From contig CAZJLW010000005.1 of NCBI GenBank assembly GCA_964546895.1, positions 4,252 through 35,926 of the forward strand: 31,675 nucleotides of DNA. Direction: 5' to 3'. This DNA is from an uncultured Eubacteriales bacterium. GTDB lineage: Bacteria > Bacillota > Clostridia > Lachnospirales > CAZJLW01. The notes below the pieces were generated by a model. That model did no database searches. It was not told where the DNA came from and worked only from the letters and a program-made list of their open reading frames with translations. The position numbers were made by a program, and so were the translations under genes. This document shows, in pieces, positions 27,809-31,675 of this stretch; the stretch's first letter is position 1; every line of letters starts with the position of its first letter.

Positions 27809-28714
27809 CTAAACGTTTATTACCGAGCGCCTGTATTGTAATGGTGTAATATTTTTAAGAGCTTTAAAGGTGTTAATAAAATAGCTCGTGTTGGAAAAAC
27901 CTACCTCGTAGGCAATCTCCGTAATCGTAAACGGTGTTGTTATGAGTAGCTTTTCTGCTTCCGTAATACGCACGAAGTTTAAATATTCGCTGAAGCTTTT
28001 TTTCATAACCCTGTTAAAAAAATGCGAGAAATAACTGTAGCTCATATTGCATAGCTTTGCCATGTCGTCTATTTTTAGGTTTTCCTTGTAATTCTTCTCC
28101 ACGTATTCGAACACCAGTTGTAAATAGTCTATAGACCTCTGGTTTAGTTCGTACCCGATGTTTAAGTCGACCTGCTGGGTATGCCACTTGCGCAAAATCC
28201 ACAGAAAAAGCTTGCAGACCAAAGTTTTGATCGCAAGCTCGAAGCCGTAATTTTTTTGTGTAAATTCGCTGTAAATCTCACGCATGAGTTCCGGAATGAA
28301 TGTGTCCTTTATTTGCTCCGCCGGGAAAATCTTGGGATGTGTGGCTTTATTCAGTGTAAACGGCAGAATGTATTTCACTTCGAAAAACGAATTCGGTGTT
28401 GAATATAGAAGCTGCGGATCAAACTTTACGTATACATACTGATTTTCGCCGTCACCTACGGCAATGATTTTATGGATTTCGTTAGAATTAATAATAACGA
28501 TATCACCGGCTTCAAACGTAAACGTCGCCTCGGTTAAAAAGATTTCAAAGCTACCGCTTAACGCCAGTAGTATCTCGATATATTCATGAATGTGCGCGCG
28601 AACCATAGTGCCGACGCCCTGCTGTGTCTGCACATGACTAAAAAAAGGATAGTTGGCTTCGTTCACTTCGTTTTTACTTTCGATGTAATATTGCTCCATT
28701 TTCATCACCCACAT
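27809..28714 (-). CDS. AraC-family regulator with N-terminal cupin sensor
   Basis: AHIHEYIEI, GDIVIINSNEIH; C-terminal IAYEVGFSNTSYFINTFK..TPLQYR. Confidence 0.92.
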   Translation of the reverse strand: MWVMKMEQYYIESKNEVNEANYPFFSHVQTQQGVGTMVRAHIHEYIEILLALSGSFEIFLTEATFTFEAGDIVIINSNEIHKIIAVGDGENQYVYVKFDPQLLYSTPNSFFEVKYILPFTLNKATHPKIFPAEQIKDTFIPELMREIYSEFTQKNYGFELAIKTLVCKLFLWILRKWHTQQVDLNIGYELNQRSIDYLQLVFEYVEKNYKENLKIDDMAKLCNMSYSYFSHFFNRVMKKSFSEYLNFVRITEAEKLLITTPFTITEIAYEVGFSNTSYFINTFKALKNITPLQYRRSVINV

Positions 28715-28815
28715 ATATAACCCAAAACTATAATTTTTTCATAAAATCATTGTATCATATAAATGAAAGCTATGTCATACTTTAGCCATCAAATCTAAAA
28801 ATTGGAGGCTATAGC

Positions 28816-29793
28816 ATGAGTGTTATAATAGGAAGCCGTTTGGAAAATATGCCTTGGCAAGACAGAAAAGGTAAGGAAGTAATTTGGCGATACGATAACA
28901 ACCCTATCATCCCGAGGGACTTAATACCGTCGTCAAACAGTATTTTTAACAGTGCGGTTGTGCCGTTTGACGGTTCGTTCGCAGGCGTGTTCCGTTGCGA
29001 TGATAAGTCGCGCTATATGGATATTCACAGAGGGTTCAGTAAGGACGGAATCAACTGGGAAATAGACGACGCGGTAATCACTTGGCAAAACAGCGATGCC
29101 GAGGTGCTTGTCTCAAACCATCGTTACGACCCGAGGGTTTGCTTTATTGAGGACAGATATTATATTACGTGGTGCAACGGCTACCACGGGCCAACGATCG
29201 GTGTAGGGTATACATTTGATTTCCAGACGTTTTACGCTATGGAAAATGCATTTTTGCCATGTAATCGTAACGGCGTACTGTTTCCAAGAAAAATAAACGA
29301 CAAGTATTGCATGTTGAGCCGTCCCAGCGATTATGGTCATACGCCTTTCGGAGATATATTTTACAGCGAAAGCCCGGATATGGAGCATTGGGGCAAGCAC
29401 AGGCACGTGATGCACACAAGCCAAGGCTGGCAGTCCACAAAAATCGGAGCCGGTCCGATACCCATCGAAACAACCGAAGGTTGGCTGCTGTTTTATCACG
29501 GCGTTTTGACCTCGTGCAACGGCTTTGTATACAGCTTTGGCGCGGCCTTGCTGGATATTGATAAGCCTTGGATAGTCAAGGCAAGGACAAAGCCTTACTT
29601 AATATCTCCGCAAGAGTATTACGAATGCGTAGGCGATGTGCCGAACGTTACGTTCCCATGTGCCGCCTTGGCCGACGCCGACACCGGACGAATCGCTATT
29701 TATTATGGCTGTGCCGATACTGTAACTGGTCTTGTGTTTTGTTATGCTGATGAAATCGTTGAGTTTGTGAAGCAGAATTCGTCTGTCGAGTAG
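28816..29793 (+). CDS. GH130 beta-mannoside phosphorylase (UhgbMP/RaMP2-like subgroup)
   Basis: [78 protein letters not shown] motifs. Confidence 0.92.
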   Translation: MSVIIGSRLENMPWQDRKGKEVIWRYDNNPIIPRDLIPSSNSIFNSAVVPFDGSFAGVFRCDDKSRYMDIHRGFSKDGINWEIDDAVITWQNSDAEVLVSNHRYDPRVCFIEDRYYITWCNGYHGPTIGVGYTFDFQTFYAMENAFLPCNRNGVLFPRKINDKYCMLSRPSDYGHTPFGDIFYSESPDMEHWGKHRHVMHTSQGWQSTKIGAGPIPIETTEGWLLFYHGVLTSCNGFVYSFGAALLDIDKPWIVKARTKPYLISPQEYYECVGDVPNVTFPCAALADADTGRIAIYYGCADTVTGLVFCYADEIVEFVKQNSSVE

Positions 29794-29818
29794 GGTGCTA
29801 CCTACTATTTGGGATGTA

Positions 29819-29871
29819 GTTCGGTACATGGTGGTTAAAATCGCATAAGTTGTCGCCCATGCTGGGCGCAC
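29819..29871 (-). mobile_element. Degenerate micro-remnant of a group IIC intron (5' end plus 5' half of domain V)
   Basis: Minus strand GTGCGCCCAGCATGGGCGACAACTT, then 10 nt, then AACCACCATGTACCGAAC; begins right after a terminator T-tract. Compared with IIC sequences recalled from memory. Confidence 0.7.
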
Positions 29872-29915
29872 CTAAAAAATCCGCCTATCAGCGTAAAAGC
29901 TGGTAAGCGGATTTT
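29872..29915. terminator. Bidirectional terminator between the convergent GH130 and hicAB genes
   Basis: AAAATCCGC/GCGGATTTT arms with inner CAGC/GCTG; T-tracts on both strands. Confidence 0.82.
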
Positions 29916-30001
29916 GTCTATTACACAATACTAGTGTTAGGTAGCTCAACGTGAGCTGTACTTGCAAGTAATTCTGATATCTGTATTTTGTATTTACTTT
30001 A

Positions 30002-30412
30002 TTAGGTGTGCGGTGTGTTAAGATGGAGTTCTTTGATTAATGCGTTCTGCAAGACGCCGGAAAAGTTAATGTTAGCTTTTTCGGCTAAAGTATTTAACCA
30101 AGCTGGTATTGTACAGTTTTTTCGGATTGATCTGTCTCCATATTTTTCTGAATAGGCGTCCAAGTCAATAATTACTAAATTGATAAATTGATTTGGTTCA
30201 AGATTTATTGTATTGATATCGGAAGCCTCGGGTGCAACTTTACCATCCTCAAGCTCGTCAAGAACCCAGCCAGAAGCTGCGTCTGTAGCCTTCTCAATAG
30301 CATCTAAGATATCATTGCCCTGTGTAACACAGCCCGGCAAATCAGGGAAAATTACACAATAGCCCTCTTGTTCCTCCAATGGTAAAAAACAGGCGGGATA
30401 AACAAGCTTCAT
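30002..30412 (-). CDS. hicB: HicB antitoxin
   Basis: YPACF..EGYCVIFPDLPGCVTQG..A; C-terminal RKNCTIPAWLNTLAEKANINFSGVLQNAL. Confidence 0.93.
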   Translation of the reverse strand: MKLVYPACFLPLEEQEGYCVIFPDLPGCVTQGNDILDAIEKATDAASGWVLDELEDGKVAPEASDINTINLEPNQFINLVIIDLDAYSEKYGDRSIRKNCTIPAWLNTLAEKANINFSGVLQNALIKELHLNTPHT

Positions 30413-30443
30413 TAAATCTTGCCCCTTTCAATAATAACAGGCT

Positions 30444-30626
30444 CTATAAAATTCCAGCCTGCTTCATAATACTTTTTACAGTTAATTTATCTAGATCTCC
30501 ACTATGCTGAGGAATTGTTACTTTACCTTCTTTTATAGGATGAATGTAATGCTTGTGTGAACCTTTTGTGTTCTTTAATATCCACCCATCATTAAAAATT
30601 ATACGCTCAACTTCACGAAACGTCAT
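30444..30626 (-). CDS. hicA: HicA mRNA interferase toxin
   Basis: 60 aa; DGW....KGSHKHYIHP.K.GKVTIPQH.GDL...TVKSIMKQAG; catalytic GSH present. Confidence 0.93.
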   Translation of the reverse strand: MTFREVERIIFNDGWILKNTKGSHKHYIHPIKEGKVTIPQHSGDLDKLTVKSIMKQAGIL

Positions 30627-31675
30627 TCTATTATTCCTGATAGTGCCGAATTAACCATCAACTCCGGCCTCTCAACCGAACTGCCAATCTCCACATGCCG
30701 TCCCGCGTCGCTACTCTTACCGAACGCCGTCATAACCTCCAGCACATGCAGTGTCAAGTCCGAATTAGCCCTGAACGCCCGCTTAGTCTCCAGCGCCTTA
30801 GCCATATCCGCAACCCCTAACCCACGGCTGTTATCCGGATAGTTAAACATCAGCGGCATTTCTAAAAATTCTTTCTTCTCGGGACGATACAGCATAATCG
30901 GTCCGCCGAACGTATTCGGATCCGGAACGGACAACGTCCCTTCCGAACCGTAAATTTCAATCCGCGGCATTTGCGCTTTATAAACATCAAACGTAGTGAA
31001 AATCGTACCGACTGCCCCGCTCTTAAAATTCATAAGCCCCGTAACATGCGTCGGGACATCGACATCAACAATAGTCCCGAACTTCGGCTCGCTCGTAATA
31101 GTACGCTGGGGGAACGTCGTCTTAACAATACCCGATACAGACGAAATTTCCCCGAGCAAATTCACAAGCGCCGTCAAATAATACGGCCCCATATCTAGCA
31201 TCGGGCCGCCGCCCCTTTTGTAATAGAACTCCGGATCGGGATGCCAAGTCTCATGCCCGCGGCACACCATAAACGCCGATGCACCGATAGGCGTACCGAT
31301 AATACCGGCATCAATCAGCTTACGGCAAGTCTGTATACCCGCGCCCAAAAACGTATCGGGCGCACCGCCGATAAACACGCCGTTCGCCTTAGCGGCAGCG
31401 ACAAGTTCCTGCCCCTCTTCGAGCGTAACGCCGAGTGGCTTTTCGGAATATACATGCTTCTTCGCCTTAATAGCAGCCATCGTCACATCGAAATGCTCAT
31501 ACGGCCGCGTTAAATTCAGCACGATATCAACCGCATCGTCCGCGAACAGCTCATGCATATCCTTATAAATCTTTTTTATGCCGTATTCCTCGGCAGCTTT
31601 AGCAGCGCGTTCAGGAATCAAGTCGCAAACGCCTACAATCTCAACCTCTTTAAACATCTTAGTTAAATTCTTTAA
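30623..31675 (-). CDS. Gfo/Idh/MocA-family NAD(P)-dependent oxidoreductase, 5' end outside the window
   Basis: Frame stays open to 31675 (LKNLTKMFKEVEIVGVCD); KHVYSEKP, GGGPMLDMGPYY, IEIYGSEGTL motifs. Confidence 0.92.
   Translation of the reverse strand, partial: LKNLTKMFKEVEIVGVCDLIPERAAKAAEEYGIKKIYKDMHELFADDAVDIVLNLTRPYEHFDVTMAAIKAKKHVYSEKPLGVTLEEGQELVAAAKANGVFIGGAPDTFLGAGIQTCRKLIDAGIIGTPIGASAFMVCRGHETWHPDPEFYYKRGGGPMLDMGPYYLTALVNLLGEISSVSGIVKTTFPQRTITSEPKFGTIVDVDVPTHVTGLMNFKSGAVGTIFTTFDVYKAQMPRIEIYGSEGTLSVPDPNTFGGPIMLYRPEKKEFLEMPLMFNYPDNSRGLGVADMAKALETKRAFRANSDLTLHVLEVMTAFGKSSDAGRHVEIGSSVERPELMVNSALSGIIE

Noticed and set aside
29941-29970. Small palindromes AGCTC/GAGCT and TACTTGCAAGTA downstream of hicB
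   Set aside because: Short enough to arise by chance, and on the wrong side of hicAB for an operator.
30623-31657. ATG at 31657 as the oxidoreductase start
   Set aside because: The frame is open to the window end and the Rossmann GxGxxS motif is missing, so the true start lies outside the window.

Overview
Chromosomal segment from a monoderm Firmicute (Clostridia-like), mostly minus-strand genes. (1) 1-12.8 kb: one tightly packed run, in transcription order RND adaptor lipoprotein, RND permease, typA/bipA, MurJ/SpoVB-type flippase, Fe-S aldo/keto reductase, KDPG aldolase with an extra C-terminal domain, short metG, tatD and a zinc-ribbon protein cut by the window edge. (2) 12.9-15.3 kb: an NPKTG sortase-anchored SpaA/CnaB-fold surface protein, an orphan XRE regulator behind an inverted repeat, a short YtxC-like gene and an unexplained cloverleaf/hairpin cluster. 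(3) 15.3-20.1 kb: a GldA/GldF/GldG + DUF4340 ABC module. (4) 20.3-29.8 kb: a Gram-positive glycan-utilisation locus with AraC, YesN/YesM, an LplB/LplC/SBP importer, a Cys-type sulfatase and a divergent GH130 mannoside phosphorylase. (5) 29.8-31.7 kb: a ~53-nt group IIC intron relic just past a terminator, and a hicAB toxin-antitoxin pair whose start overlaps the stop of a Gfo/Idh/MocA oxidoreductase. No rRNA, tRNA, CRISPR array, transposase or integrase was seen. All family calls come from motif recognition by eye, not database searches.
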